A DNA stretch of 64,000 bases, taken from positions 832,001-896,000 of the forward strand of contig OZ242296.1 in NCBI GenBank assembly GCA_965207735.1. Direction: 5' to 3'. The notes beneath the pieces are model-generated. The model ran no database searches, had not been told where the DNA came from, and saw only the letters and a list, made by a program, of their open reading frames with translations. The translations under genes and the position numbers were made by a program. Shown piece by piece: positions 27,234 through 37,070 of the stretch; within the stretch, counting starts at the first letter, position 1, and each line of letters opens with the position of its first letter. Source of the stretch: Candidatus Versatilivorator sp. (GTDB lineage Bacteria > Acidobacteriota > Terriglobia > Versatilivoradales > Versatilivoraceae).

Positions 27234-28495
27234 GTCTCCTACTGGTAGGACTAAGCCACAAGACAGCTCCGGTCGAAATCCGTGAGAGGCTTCACTTTCC
27301 GGATTCCAGTCTGCAAGAGGCATTGCAGCGCCTCACCTCCCAGTCGGCCATTGCCGAGAGTTTGATCCTGTCGACCTGCAATCGGACAGAGGTTCTGGCC
27401 CACTCGGCCGACGCTCAACGCGGGGTGATGCTGGTCAGAAACTTCATCTCCGATTTCCACCGCCAGCCGGAAAGGTCGTTACACCCCTACCTCTACGACC
27501 TGACCCATTCCGAGGTGGTGCGCCATGTGTTCCGTGTTGCCAGCAGTCTGGATTCGATGGTGCTGGGGGAACCTCAGATATTGGGTCAGTTCAAGACCGC
27601 GTTCAGTCTGGCCCGCAGGATCGGCTCCGTGGGGGATGCTCTGAGTCCGCTGATTCGTCGAGCCTTTTTTGTGGCTAAACGGGTGCGCTCGGAGACCGCC
27701 ATCTCCAGCGCTGCAGTTTCGGTCAGCTTTGCCGCAGTGGAATTGGCCAGAAAGATTTTCGACCACTTGAGCGGACGCACGGTATTGCTGATGGGCGCCG
27801 GAAAGATGAGCGAACTGGCGGCGAAGCACCTGATATCCCAGGGAATCACCCAACTGCTGGTCTGGAACCGGACCTATCGGCGAGCCGTGGAAATGGCCAG
27901 GGACCTGAATGGCGAGGCTATTCCCCCGGAAGAGCTCTTTCGCCATGTCGAACGGGCCGATATTCTCATATGCTCCACCGGTTCCCCCGGGTTCATCCTC
28001 ACCAAGTCCGACGGGCAGCGGTTGATCCAGTTGCGCAAGAACCGGCCGGTCTTCATCATCGATATCGCGGTTCCCCGAGACGTGGATCCCGAGGTGAACG
28101 ACCTGGACAACCTGTTTCTCTACGACATCGACGACCTGCAGCATGTTGTCGACGCCAACCTCAAGCAGCGCCTCAGGGAGGCCCATGTTGCGGAAGCCAT
28201 CGTCCAGGAGGAAGTCCAGTCCTTCATCAAGCAAGCGCGAGGGTTGGATGTGGCTCCAGCCATCGTCTCGTTACGGAGGCACTGGGACGCCATCCGCAGA
28301 GAGGAGCTCGCCAGGAACCGCAAGAAACTGGGCGCTCTGAATGAACAGCAGGAAGCGGCGCTGGAGCAGTTGACTCGAGGGATGTTGAACAAGATCCTGC
28401 ACGGCCCCATCTCGGAAATCAAATCGTTGGGCCAGGACCCCGCCGCGGAGCAGAAAATCGCCGCCATCAAGAGGATGCTGGGACTGAAGCACTGA
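27230..28495 (+). CDS. hemA: Glutamyl-tRNA reductase
   Basis: GLSHKTAPVEIRE, LSTCNRTE, H.F.VASSLDSMV.GE.QILGQ, GAGKM, IDIAVPRD. Confidence 0.97.
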   Translation: MSLLLVGLSHKTAPVEIRERLHFPDSSLQEALQRLTSQSAIAESLILSTCNRTEVLAHSADAQRGVMLVRNFISDFHRQPERSLHPYLYDLTHSEVVRHVFRVASSLDSMVLGEPQILGQFKTAFSLARRIGSVGDALSPLIRRAFFVAKRVRSETAISSAAVSVSFAAVELARKIFDHLSGRTVLLMGAGKMSELAAKHLISQGITQLLVWNRTYRRAVEMARDLNGEAIPPEELFRHVERADILICSTGSPGFILTKSDGQRLIQLRKNRPVFIIDIAVPRDVDPEVNDLDNLFLYDIDDLQHVVDANLKQRLREAHVAEAIVQEEVQSFIKQARGLDVAPAIVSLRRHWDAIRREELARNRKKLGALNEQQEAALEQLTRGMLNKILHGPISEIKSLGQDPAAEQKIAAIKRMLGLKH

Positions 28496-28554
28496 CCCGC
28501 GGAGGGTGGGCGGCCATTTTGCGCATCATAACGGACCCACCAACCCGGTGAGAA

Positions 28555-29478
28555 ATGCAAAGTAAACCCCTCGTCATCGGCTCGCGAGGCAGTCCGCTGG
28601 CTCTTAGGCAGGCGGATCTGATCAAGAACCGCCTGCGCCAGACCGACCCTCTACTGCCCATATCCGTCCGCCGCATCCTCACCACCGGGGATCAACGCAC
28701 CGGGCCTCCCTTGCACCAGCTTGGCGGCAAAGGGGTCTTCACCAAGGAGATCGAAGAGGCCCTGCTTCGTGGCGAGATCGACTTGGCCGTCCACAGTCTC
28801 AAGGACCTTCCCACCGATCTTCCCGACGGCCTGTGCCTGGGCGCCATCACCTCCAGAGAAGATGCGCGGGACGCCTTCCTTTCCAACCGGTTCGGTTGCC
28901 TGGCGGAACTTCCCCCTCGGTCCACCGTAGGGACCAGCAGCCTGCGGCGCCAATGCCAGCTATTGCACTTCCGTCCCGATCTGCAGGTGAAGAACCTGCG
29001 GGGCAATCTGGATACCCGCCTCCGCAAGTTGGACGAGGGAGGTTACGACGCGATAATTCTGGCCTGCGCCGGGCTGATTCGACTGGGTTTGGATCATCGC
29101 ATCCGGGAACGAATATCCATCGACACCATCTGTCCGGCCATTGGACAAGGTGCGCTGGCGGTGGAGGTGCGCTGCGGCGACCGCTCGACCCACGACCGCA
29201 TCCGCCAGCTGGATGACCGCGATTCCAAACGAGCCGCAGAGGCGGAACGGAGCCTGCTGAAATGCCTGGGGGGCGGATGCCAGGTCCCGATTGCCGGATT
29301 TGCGGCCGTCGACGGCGCACACTTGCAATTGACCGGACTGGTTGGAGCCGCCGACGGAAGGCGCCTGATCCGGGAGCTCGGCCGATCAAGTCTGGAGGAA
29401 CCCTCGCGATTGGGGCGCTGGGTCGCCCGCAGGCTCCTCGATCGCGGCGCCGGAGACCTGCTGCAAATGACGGGATGA
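28555..29478 (+). CDS. hemC: Hydroxymethylbilane synthase
   Basis: IGSRGS.LA..Q, GGKG.FTKEIE, AVHSLKD.P, GTSSLRR, RGN.DTRL.KL, GGC..P. Confidence 0.97.
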   Translation: MQSKPLVIGSRGSPLALRQADLIKNRLRQTDPLLPISVRRILTTGDQRTGPPLHQLGGKGVFTKEIEEALLRGEIDLAVHSLKDLPTDLPDGLCLGAITSREDARDAFLSNRFGCLAELPPRSTVGTSSLRRQCQLLHFRPDLQVKNLRGNLDTRLRKLDEGGYDAIILACAGLIRLGLDHRIRERISIDTICPAIGQGALAVEVRCGDRSTHDRIRQLDDRDSKRAAEAERSLLKCLGGGCQVPIAGFAAVDGAHLQLTGLVGAADGRRLIRELGRSSLEEPSRLGRWVARRLLDRGAGDLLQMTG

Positions 29479-29482
29479 GCCA

Positions 29483-31012
29483 ATGACAAGGTCGATGAAG
29501 ACAGTCGTTTACCTGATCGGGGCAGGCCCGGGCGATCCTGAACTCCTCACCTTGAAGGGGCGCCGCTGCCTGGAGGCAGCCGACTGCGTCGTTTACGACC
29601 ACCTGGTCAACCGCGAACTACTGCAATTCGCTCCCGGCGGGGCGGAGCGGGTCTATGTAGGCAAGCAGGGAGGCCAAGACCATATTTCCCAGACGGAGAT
29701 CAATTCCCTGCTGCTGGCCCGAGCCCGCCAGGGAAAGACTGTGGCCCGCCTCAAGGGAGGCGACCCCTTCATCTTCGGACGCGGTGGGGAGGAGGCGGAA
29801 GTCCTGGCGCAGGCCGGCATTCCCTTCGAGGTCGTGCCCGGCGTCTCGGCAGGCTCGGCCGCGCCGGCCTACGCCGGAATTCCCCTGACCCACCGGGACT
29901 ACGGCCCCACCGTGGCATTTGTGGCAGCCCAGCAGGATCCAAACAAGGAGGATCCACTGCTGGACTGGGGGAACATTTCCTCGGCGGCCCAAACTCTGGT
30001 CTTCTTCATGGGGGCCAGGAGCCTGAGGCAGGTGGTGGAGCAGCTCACCCGCCACGGGCGAAGCCCCGCCACCCCGGTTGCCCTGATCCGCTGGGGAACC
30101 CGTCCCTCACAAGAGGTCGTAACCGGCACCCTGGGGTCCATCCTGGACCGCGCCGGACCGATGGACCCTCCCACCCTGATTGTTGTCGGCGAAGTGGTCC
30201 GCCTGAGGGAGCGGCTGAGATGGTTCGACAATCGTCCCCTGTTCGGAAAGCGTATTCTGATCACCCGTCCCCGCCGGCAGGCTCAGGACTTCCGCAGAGC
30301 GCTGGAGTTGCTGGGCGCCAGGGCCATCTCCTTTCCCACGGTAGAGGTGCGGGAGCCGGACTCCTGGGCAATGCTGGATCGAGCCCTCGAGACCATCGAT
30401 CGATACGATTGGCTCATCTTCACCAGCGTCAACGGGGTCAAGTACTTCTTCCAGAGATACTTTCGACGTCATCCCGATATTCGCCAGCTCAAGGGGGTCC
30501 GCATCGCCGCCATCGGGCCGGCCACCCGGCGGGCCGTTCTCGACTTCAACCTGGCCGTGGACACTCTGCCGAGCGACTACCAGGCCGAGGGCCTGGTGGA
30601 AAGCCTGCGCGGCAAGGTGGTCAAGGGCATGCGGGTGCTGCTGCCCAGGGCCCGGGTGGCCCGGGAAGTGCTGCCCCGGCAACTGCAACGCCAGGGCGCC
30701 CGGGTCGAGGTGGTCGAAGCCTATCGAACCGCCCCCCCTGACAACGCTCCGTCCCGGTGGAGACAAGTCCTGGATGAATCTCCGCCCGACATGGTGGTTT
30801 TCACCAGTTCCTCGACCGTCGCCAATCTTTCCGACCTTTCCCTTCCCCGGCCCCTGGCCGAGAGCCTGAAGGGGGTGGCCGTGGCTTGTATCGGACCCAT
30901 CACCGCAGGAACAGCCCGGCAACTGGGTCTGCAGGTGGACCTTGTCCCGCCAAAGTACACCACGGCTTCGCTGCTTGAGGCCATGGAGACCTACTTCTTG
31001 CGGAAGGGTTGA
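29483..31012 (+). CDS. cobA: Uroporphyrinogen-III C-methyltransferase / uroporphyrinogen-III synthase fusion (CobA-HemD)
   Basis: N-terminal GAGPGDP.LLT, RLKGGDP.IFGRGGEE; C-terminal ITR, FTS.NGV, IGP.T, FTSSSTV (HemD). Confidence 0.93.
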   Translation: MTRSMKTVVYLIGAGPGDPELLTLKGRRCLEAADCVVYDHLVNRELLQFAPGGAERVYVGKQGGQDHISQTEINSLLLARARQGKTVARLKGGDPFIFGRGGEEAEVLAQAGIPFEVVPGVSAGSAAPAYAGIPLTHRDYGPTVAFVAAQQDPNKEDPLLDWGNISSAAQTLVFFMGARSLRQVVEQLTRHGRSPATPVALIRWGTRPSQEVVTGTLGSILDRAGPMDPPTLIVVGEVVRLRERLRWFDNRPLFGKRILITRPRRQAQDFRRALELLGARAISFPTVEVREPDSWAMLDRALETIDRYDWLIFTSVNGVKYFFQRYFRRHPDIRQLKGVRIAAIGPATRRAVLDFNLAVDTLPSDYQAEGLVESLRGKVVKGMRVLLPRARVAREVLPRQLQRQGARVEVVEAYRTAPPDNAPSRWRQVLDESPPDMVVFTSSSTVANLSDLSLPRPLAESLKGVAVACIGPITAGTARQLGLQVDLVPPKYTTASLLEAMETYFLRKG

Positions 31013-31566
31013 AGTATGCGGGAGATTGGCGTGTAGAGGGCGCCGGAGGGGTGGAGCTGGCTGCCCATGACCACGATTTCTCTGGCGTCGAACCGTAGCG
31101 CCTCCAACCGTTCCGTTCCCAGTGCCGCCAGCAGCTTCCGAATGTTTTTCCCCGATCGAACCCTCCCCAAGGTGAAATGGGGGGAAAAGGGGCGTGATTC
31201 AGCAGGAAAGCCTATTGCGACCAGTTCCTTTTCAACCCTCAGCTGCAGGTGCTTCAATCCTTCGGGAAGCTGTTTCAGTCCCGCCCAGATAACCCTGGGC
31301 GCCCGCCTGTTGGGGAAGCAACCCAGTTCAGTCAATTCCAGTCGGACAGGTGGAGCCGGAAGGGCCGCCTGCTGCACCGCCTGCACCACCTCGCCCAGCC
31401 GCTCTGTCGGAACCGACCCCAGAAACTTGAGGGTCAGATGGATGTTGTGGGGTCTGACCCATCCGACCTGGGCGCCACTCTCTCGCAACTCTTGCTGGGT
31501 GGCTGCCAGCCCCTCCCTGGCAAAGGGAGGCAGCTCGAGACAGACGAAGGTCCTAACGGCTTCCAT
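30991..31566 (-). CDS. thpR: RNA 2',3'-cyclic phosphodiesterase (2H phosphoesterase)
   Basis: Two HxT motifs (HLTLKFLG, PHFTLGR), FP....PRVIW.G. Confidence 0.92.
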   Translation of the reverse strand: MEAVRTFVCLELPPFAREGLAATQQELRESGAQVGWVRPHNIHLTLKFLGSVPTERLGEVVQAVQQAALPAPPVRLELTELGCFPNRRAPRVIWAGLKQLPEGLKHLQLRVEKELVAIGFPAESRPFSPHFTLGRVRSGKNIRKLLAALGTERLEALRFDAREIVVMGSQLHPSGALYTPISRILQPFRKK

Positions 31567-31602
31567 GGGAGAGAAGATTGTGGAAATTCCCTGAGGATCG
31601 TT

Positions 31603-32361
31603 TCAGTCCAGCACCACAAAGGGTGGCGGGCTGGGGGTTTCTTCCAGGCAGTACCCGAGGCTGAACGCCACCGAATCGGTCAAGAGCTCCACCAACGGTC
31701 CGGTTTGATAGCACAGAGCCTTCCGAAGCGCCAGCGAATATCGTTCAGCCAGGTCGGAGCGAATTACCGCGGGCGGAAAACCGGCTCTTAGCAGAAAGAA
31801 GTTCGAGAACAGGCGCAGGGTCTTTCCGTTGTGACGGTCAAAGGGTTGTATGTCGGCCAATTTCAGCAACACCAGGGCGGCTTGCTCCACTTCGTGCATC
31901 TCGCCGAAACTGTCCGCCAGACACCACTGCAGGGTGTTCTCGACCAGGTGCGGAACCATCTCTCCCGTTGCGGGATCGTGGCCTTCAAACAGGGGTGTGG
32001 CGGGGGCTAGCCGGTAGTCGGATAGGCAGGCGGTGGGCCGACCCATGAGTTGAGCGTGCAGCTGCTGCAGGTCGGCTGGTGTCGCCGGAGTATTCGCCCG
32101 GGTTCTCTCCAGGAGCCAGCGGAAGCCCTTGACGTGGTACTCCCGTTGGCGCCGTCGTTCGGTTCGCCGGGATTCCGGCTCAGGTTCCACCCCTTGGCCG
32201 GGCTCGTCCAGGGCGCAGTTGTGCCCAGCCCAAAAGTCTCCAGTCAGTCGCTCGAAGATCGCGGTGGCTCCGGGAGACCCCTGCCGCTCCTTCCACCGAT
32301 CCCGTTGATCGATAATGCCGGCAAACAGCCGACGGGTCTTCAACTCGAATCCGTTCCCCAC
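31603..32361 (-). CDS. Fic/Fido-domain protein with degenerate catalytic motif
   Basis: LH..L, IQPFDRHNGKTLRL..N..L...G.PP (canonical HPFxDGNGRxxR). Confidence 0.7.
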   Translation of the reverse strand: MGNGFELKTRRLFAGIIDQRDRWKERQGSPGATAIFERLTGDFWAGHNCALDEPGQGVEPEPESRRTERRRQREYHVKGFRWLLERTRANTPATPADLQQLHAQLMGRPTACLSDYRLAPATPLFEGHDPATGEMVPHLVENTLQWCLADSFGEMHEVEQAALVLLKLADIQPFDRHNGKTLRLFSNFFLLRAGFPPAVIRSDLAERYSLALRKALCYQTGPLVELLTDSVAFSLGYCLEETPSPPPFVVLD

Positions 32362-32382
32362 TGTCGGCCTCGCTGCCTGCCC

Positions 32383-32865
32383 TCAGCCGGCCCCTCTCTG
32401 TTTAATGGCCTGACGGGCTTCGCGCTCCATTGTCTTGTGTTTCTCTTTTTCCCGCTTGTCGAAGAGTTTCTTCCCCTTGGCCAGAGCGATCTCACATTTG
32501 GCCCGGCCCTTGTGAAAGTAGATGCGAAGCGGCACCAGGGTCATGCCGCGCTCGCTGGTCTGACCGATGAGCTTTCGAATTTCCCGGCGGTGAAGCAACA
32601 ACTTTCGCGACCGCAGGGGTTGGTGGTTCATGCGGTTTCCCTGTTCATAAGGGCTGATGTGGCAGTTGAGCAGCCACACTTCCCCTCCTTTGACCACACC
32701 GTAACCGTCCTTCAAGTTGACCCGACCGGCTCGTATGGACTTGACCTCCGTCCCACGCAAGGCCATGCCGGCCTCAAAGACGTCAAAGATGTGGTATTCG
32801 TGGTAGGCCTGCCGGTTCAGGCTGACTATCTTCGCGCCGGCTCGGTGCGTGGTGGAAGGCTTCAT
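32383..32865 (-). CDS. smpB: SsrA-binding protein
   Basis: NR.A.H.Y, EAG..L.GTEVKS.R, R.RKLLLH, TLVPL, KGKK..DKR. Confidence 0.97.
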   Translation of the reverse strand: MKPSTTHRAGAKIVSLNRQAYHEYHIFDVFEAGMALRGTEVKSIRAGRVNLKDGYGVVKGGEVWLLNCHISPYEQGNRMNHQPLRSRKLLLHRREIRKLIGQTSERGMTLVPLRIYFHKGRAKCEIALAKGKKLFDKREKEKHKTMEREARQAIKQRGAG

Positions 32866-32891
32866 GAGGCACGCCACTGCTATTGGGAGGG

Positions 32892-33590
32892 CTATTTCCG
32901 CTGGTAGGGGTTGGGTGCTCGGCGGTTGGGACTGACAGACGGCTGTCCCCCGGCCGGACGCGGAGCACGCACCTGTCCGGGCTGGGCTGCAGGGGGTTGG
33001 CCAACGACGGGAGGTCGGCTGCTCAAGCTTTGGCCGTAGGGTCGGGTGCCCGGCAATGGGGACGCCGGCTGCGGAGTCAGAGGCGCCTTCGGTTGAACCG
33101 ACGGCTTTTTCTTCGGCGACCTCGCCGCCCCCCGGGCTGGCGTACGCGAACGTGGGTTGAAGGGCGTCGCCTTGGGGCTGACGAAAGGTCTTCGGCTGGA
33201 CCGAGGGGCCGGACGACTACGGCGGGCCGGTGGCGCGATCTTCTTGGATTTTCCGGATACGATCAACTGGGCCAAGCTGTCCGGGCGGCCCGCCCGAGCC
33301 AACAGAAAGTAGTCGAATCCGCTCCCTTCCATAATCTTCACAACGGCATCCTTGACTCCCAGGCCCCGAATCTCGATCAACGGGATTCGCTTGGACTTCA
33401 GCTCGTTGGGGATGTCCACTTTCATTCCCGTGTGACTGCCCAGGAGAACCAAAATGCTTCCGTAACTCTCGTTCGAAGCCGTCAGGTTCAACCGGCTGCC
33501 GTCAAACGACAGGTTCGCCTGGGCCGCCGCCGGGGGTGGAATCGTGGCGGCGGCCAGCGCCAACGCAACTGTCCATAGAGCCCTTTTCAT
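32892..33590 (-). CDS. Hypothetical exported protein with long Pro/Arg-rich tail
   Basis: Signal peptide (MKRALWTVALALAAA...AAAQ), ~90-aa globular region, low-complexity C-terminus. Confidence 0.6.
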   Translation of the reverse strand: MKRALWTVALALAAATIPPPAAAQANLSFDGSRLNLTASNESYGSILVLLGSHTGMKVDIPNELKSKRIPLIEIRGLGVKDAVVKIMEGSGFDYFLLARAGRPDSLAQLIVSGKSKKIAPPARRSRPAPRSSRRPFVSPKATPFNPRSRTPARGAARSPKKKPSVQPKAPLTPQPASPLPGTRPYGQSLSSRPPVVGQPPAAQPGQVRAPRPAGGQPSVSPNRRAPNPYQRK

Positions 33591-33747
33591 CGGTTGTCCT
33601 CACTGGTGCCCATTTACGCTCCATCCTACCACCACCGCCGGTCCAAGACAACCGGCGCGAAGTCGCATGGGGGACGCCTCCGTCGGGTTCTGGGCGAACC
33701 GATTCGGCACGCCAGGGGCAACCGGTAGCACCCATGGGGCGCGGCGT

Positions 33748-33880
33748 TTGCCCCCCTTCCGGATCGACTGCGGGCTGCGCCCATTGGTAGTCGCTCTCGG
33801 GACGCCGCGCTTGCCCCCCTCCGGATCGACTGCGGGCTGCGCCCTTGTCTCTCCGACTCCCCCTCAAGGGGGGAGTGATA
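33748..33880. repeat. Tandem ~34-bp duplication plus REP-like hairpin
   Basis: TTGCCCCC(T)TCCGGATCGACTGCGGGCTGCGCCC at ~33748 and ~33811, followed by the hairpin ACTCCCCCTCAAGGGGGGAGT. Confidence 0.7.
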
Positions 33881-34132
33881 CTTGAGGCCTGTAGAGGGCT
33901 TATTGCCCCATTCCTGGGCAGGATGTAAACCCTGTTTCCGGTCTGCAGGCTGTCACGAAGGACTATCAATGACAAACCTTCCCAACCCCTGGCGTTTCCC
34001 TCTCGATTCTTATCCAACCCCTGAGTGGTCCTTCGTGGAAAACTCTTTTTCCTTTTCTGCTTTTCGTGGATAACCACTCCATATGGTTTCAAACCAGGGT
34101 CTGATACCATAGAGGTTACGGGAGGTTCTGCA

Positions 34133-35002
34133 ATGGCGTCGTCCACCTCGAAGTTCGTCGTTGACCTCAAACAGGACCAGTTTGAATCGGAAGTTGTTGA
34201 AAAGTCCCATACCACCCCGGTGCTGGTGGATTTCTGGGCTCCCTGGTGCGGCCCCTGCCGAAGCTTGAGCCCGGTCCTGGAGAAACTGGCTGACGAATAC
34301 GCCGGGGCCTTCCTGCTGGCCAAGATCAATACCGACGACAATCCGGACCTGTCTCTTGCCTTCCAGATACGCAGCATTCCACAGGTCGTTCTTTTCCTGG
34401 AGGGAAAGGCCGTCGACCAGTTCGCGGGAGCCATTCCGGAACCCGAGATTCGCCGGTTCCTCAAACCCTACTGTCCCGCTGAGGTCGACAAGCTCTTTGC
34501 CCAGGCGCAGGGAAAACTGGACGCAGGACAAAAAGAAGAGGCTCGAGGACTCCTCGAGCAGGTGGTCTCCGGCGAACCACAGCACTCGGCGGCCCGCCTG
34601 GCTCTGGCCAAGCTGTTGATTGGGGGCGAGCAACTGGAAGAGGCCCGGACTCATCTCCAGGCGATCCCCTTTCTGGCCGACGAAAGGGAAGCCGCCGACC
34701 GACTGGAACAGGTCATCGGGTTCCAAGCGAATTGTGAGGCACTCGGCGGTCAGGCGTCCCTGAGGCAGACCCTGGAAGACGATCCAAGAGACCTGGCTGC
34801 CCGCATGGCTTTGGGCTGCTGTCTGGCTGCCGCCGGACAGTATCGGGAGGCCCTGGAGGAATTTCTGGCGGTGGTCTCTCGTGACAAACACTACCGGGAG
34901 GATTCCGCCCGCAAGGCCATGCTGGCCCTTTTCAGCCTGATTGGGGAAAGAAGCGAACTGGCGGAGGAATTCAGGGGACGCTTGGCCCGAACGCTCTACT
35001 AG
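34133..35002 (+). CDS. cnoX: Thioredoxin-TPR chaperedoxin (YbbN/CnoX-like)
   Basis: VLVDFWAPWCGPC thioredoxin domain followed by TPR-like helices ending R..LA..LY; GGAGG RBS. Confidence 0.88.
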   Translation: MASSTSKFVVDLKQDQFESEVVEKSHTTPVLVDFWAPWCGPCRSLSPVLEKLADEYAGAFLLAKINTDDNPDLSLAFQIRSIPQVVLFLEGKAVDQFAGAIPEPEIRRFLKPYCPAEVDKLFAQAQGKLDAGQKEEARGLLEQVVSGEPQHSAARLALAKLLIGGEQLEEARTHLQAIPFLADEREAADRLEQVIGFQANCEALGGQASLRQTLEDDPRDLAARMALGCCLAAAGQYREALEEFLAVVSRDKHYREDSARKAMLALFSLIGERSELAEEFRGRLARTLY

Positions 35003-35016
35003 GTCGATCGGCAGCG

Positions 35017-35418
35017 TCAGCCGCCCGACAGAAGGCGCTTCCAGACCGCCTCGGCCACCGGCATGACCGATAGGCGCGGCAGCCGCACCAGGTCGAAATC
35101 CCTAAGTTCCGGGTCCGACTTGATGTGGGCAAGCGGAATCGGTTCCATCAGCTTGCGTTTGGGCTTCACCTCCACCACAACCAACCGGGGATCGCCGCGC
35201 TCGGGATCGGGAAAGGGGTCGCTGGTCACCTCCGCGATCCCTGCCACCATCCTCTCGCCTCCGGTGTGATAGATCAGGGCTTGATCGCCCCGACGGATCT
35301 GCCTGAGGTGCTTCAAGGCCAGGTTGTTGCTGACCCCGTCCCAGAGAGTCACCTGGTCCCTTTCCAGATCCGCATAAGCATAGTCCGAAGGTTCGGTCTT
35401 CAGTAACCAATAGGCCAT
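35017..35418 (-). CDS. EVE domain protein
   Basis: MAYWLLKTEP, WDGV.N, YH.G, RLSVMPV. Confidence 0.92.
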   Translation of the reverse strand: MAYWLLKTEPSDYAYADLERDQVTLWDGVSNNLALKHLRQIRRGDQALIYHTGGERMVAGIAEVTSDPFPDPERGDPRLVVVEVKPKRKLMEPIPLAHIKSDPELRDFDLVRLPRLSVMPVAEAVWKRLLSGG

Positions 35419-35429
35419 GGAGATTCTCC

Positions 35430-36152
35430 CTATTTTCTGGGCGGCCGCGTGGGGCGAAGCTCCACCCGGCTGGGTAGCGACCGGGGATCGTGCCGAAGCA
35501 GATCCACCACCACCCGGGCAACGTCCTCGGGTTTAAGCTTCCATCGGGCCTGCTCGCCGACCCGATGTCCGCGGAAACCGGTGTTGACGCTTCCCGGGAG
35601 GACGGCGCTCACGCGGATGTTGTCGTGGCGCAGATCCTGCATGATGGCTTCGCTGAAGCCGTTGAGGCCGAACTTGGAAGCACTGTAGGCGGAGCCGCCC
35701 GCAAACCCCTGTGTCCCCGCCAGGCTGCCGATGTTGAGGATGTACCCGCCCCCGCCTTGTCTCAATATGGGAACGGCCGCATGGCAGCAGTGGTAGACGC
35801 CGGTGAGGTTGGTCCCAATAACCTCCTGCCACTGCCGGGGAGATATCTCGGCGATATCGCCCATGACTCCCACCCCCGCGTTGTTCACCAGGATGTCCAG
35901 ACCTCCGAATTCCCTGACAGTGAAGTCCACCAGGGACCGGACTTCGTCGAAGCGGGAGACGTCGCAGGCCGCTTCCCTGATCCTGCCTGGCCACCGCCTT
36001 TCCAAGCTGTCGACACAGGTTGACACTGCCTCCTTGGTGCGGGCGCAGACCACCACCCGGGCCCCTGCCTCCAGCAAAGCAGAGGCGATGGCGCGACCGA
36101 TTCCCCGGGTCCCGCCAGTCACTATGGCAATCCGGTCTCGAATCGATTCCAC
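35430..36152 (-). CDS. Short-chain dehydrogenase/reductase
   Basis: TGGTRGIG, NNAG, YSASK. Confidence 0.92.
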   Translation of the reverse strand: MESIRDRIAIVTGGTRGIGRAIASALLEAGARVVVCARTKEAVSTCVDSLERRWPGRIREAACDVSRFDEVRSLVDFTVREFGGLDILVNNAGVGVMGDIAEISPRQWQEVIGTNLTGVYHCCHAAVPILRQGGGGYILNIGSLAGTQGFAGGSAYSASKFGLNGFSEAIMQDLRHDNIRVSAVLPGSVNTGFRGHRVGEQARWKLKPEDVARVVVDLLRHDPRSLPSRVELRPTRPPRK

Positions 36153-36350
36153 GGCGTTTCCTTCCCTTACGGTCCGGAGCCCCGGCCGGTCCCGTAAGCG
36201 GTCTCTCGACTCCGGCGCCCAAGCCCGGCCGCGCCGCTTGGAACAGCGTCGCCCTGCCTCAAGACGGCCGGGAAAAAGCCCTTATGGGAATCCTTCCAAT
36301 TGTGCTATTAATGGCTTCCCCGCGCGCTGCTCCCACGCCTCGGACTTTCC

Positions 36351-37070
36351 ATGACCGTTTCGCTGTTCATCCCCTGCCTGGTAGATCAATTCTTTCCCAG
36401 TGTCGGCATCAACCTGGTCAGGATCCTCCGAAAGGTGGGGGTGTCGGTCGACTACCCCAGTGAGCAAACCTGCTGCGGTCAACCAGCCTTCAACTCAGGA
36501 TATCACGAGGAGGCTACTCAACTGGCTCGGCGTTTCCTGGAGGTCTTTGGAAAAGCCGAAACCATCGTCTCCCCTTCAGGCTCCTGCGCCAGCATGGTGA
36601 AGGTGTTCTACCCGGAGCTCCTTCGGGACCCCGGCCTGAGCCGGCAACTCCAGCAAATCTCCAGCAGAACCTATGAATTTTCCGATTTCCTGGTCAACGT
36701 CATGGGAATCAAGGACCTGGGAGCCGCCTTTCCCCATCGCGTCACCTACCACGATGCCTGCCACCTGCTCCGGGAGCTGCGGGTGCATCGAGCTCCCCGC
36801 GAGTTGATCCGGCACGTGCGCGGCATCGAGCTGGTGGAGATGGAAAACAGCGACGCCTGCTGCGGTTTCGGGGGCACCTTTTCGGTCAAGTTTCCGGAAA
36901 TATCCACGGCCATGGCCCAGGACAAAGGTACAGCCATCCTCAAGACCGAAGCCGAGTACGTGGTGGCCAACGACTCCAGCTGCCTGATGCAAATCGGGGG
37001 CTACCTCAGTCGCCGGGAGCTCCCCGTCAAGCCGCTCCATCTGGCCGATCTTCTGGGAGAGAACCTTTGA
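36351..37070 (+). CDS. lutA: L-lactate utilization protein LutA/LldE (CCG domains)
   Basis: LF.PCL.D, QTCCGQP.FNSG, SGSC, TYHD.CH, CCGFGGTFSVK. Confidence 0.9.
   Translation: MTVSLFIPCLVDQFFPSVGINLVRILRKVGVSVDYPSEQTCCGQPAFNSGYHEEATQLARRFLEVFGKAETIVSPSGSCASMVKVFYPELLRDPGLSRQLQQISSRTYEFSDFLVNVMGIKDLGAAFPHRVTYHDACHLLRELRVHRAPRELIRHVRGIELVEMENSDACCGFGGTFSVKFPEISTAMAQDKGTAILKTEAEYVVANDSSCLMQIGGYLSRRELPVKPLHLADLLGENL

Noticed and set aside
32361-33000. tmRNA (ssrA) next to smpB
   Set aside because: No tRNA-like ends found; the flanks are occupied by CDSs.
33748-33844. Possible mini-CRISPR (two ~34-bp repeats with a ~28-bp spacer)
   Set aside because: Only two units, no cas genes or leader, and embedded in a REP-like patch.
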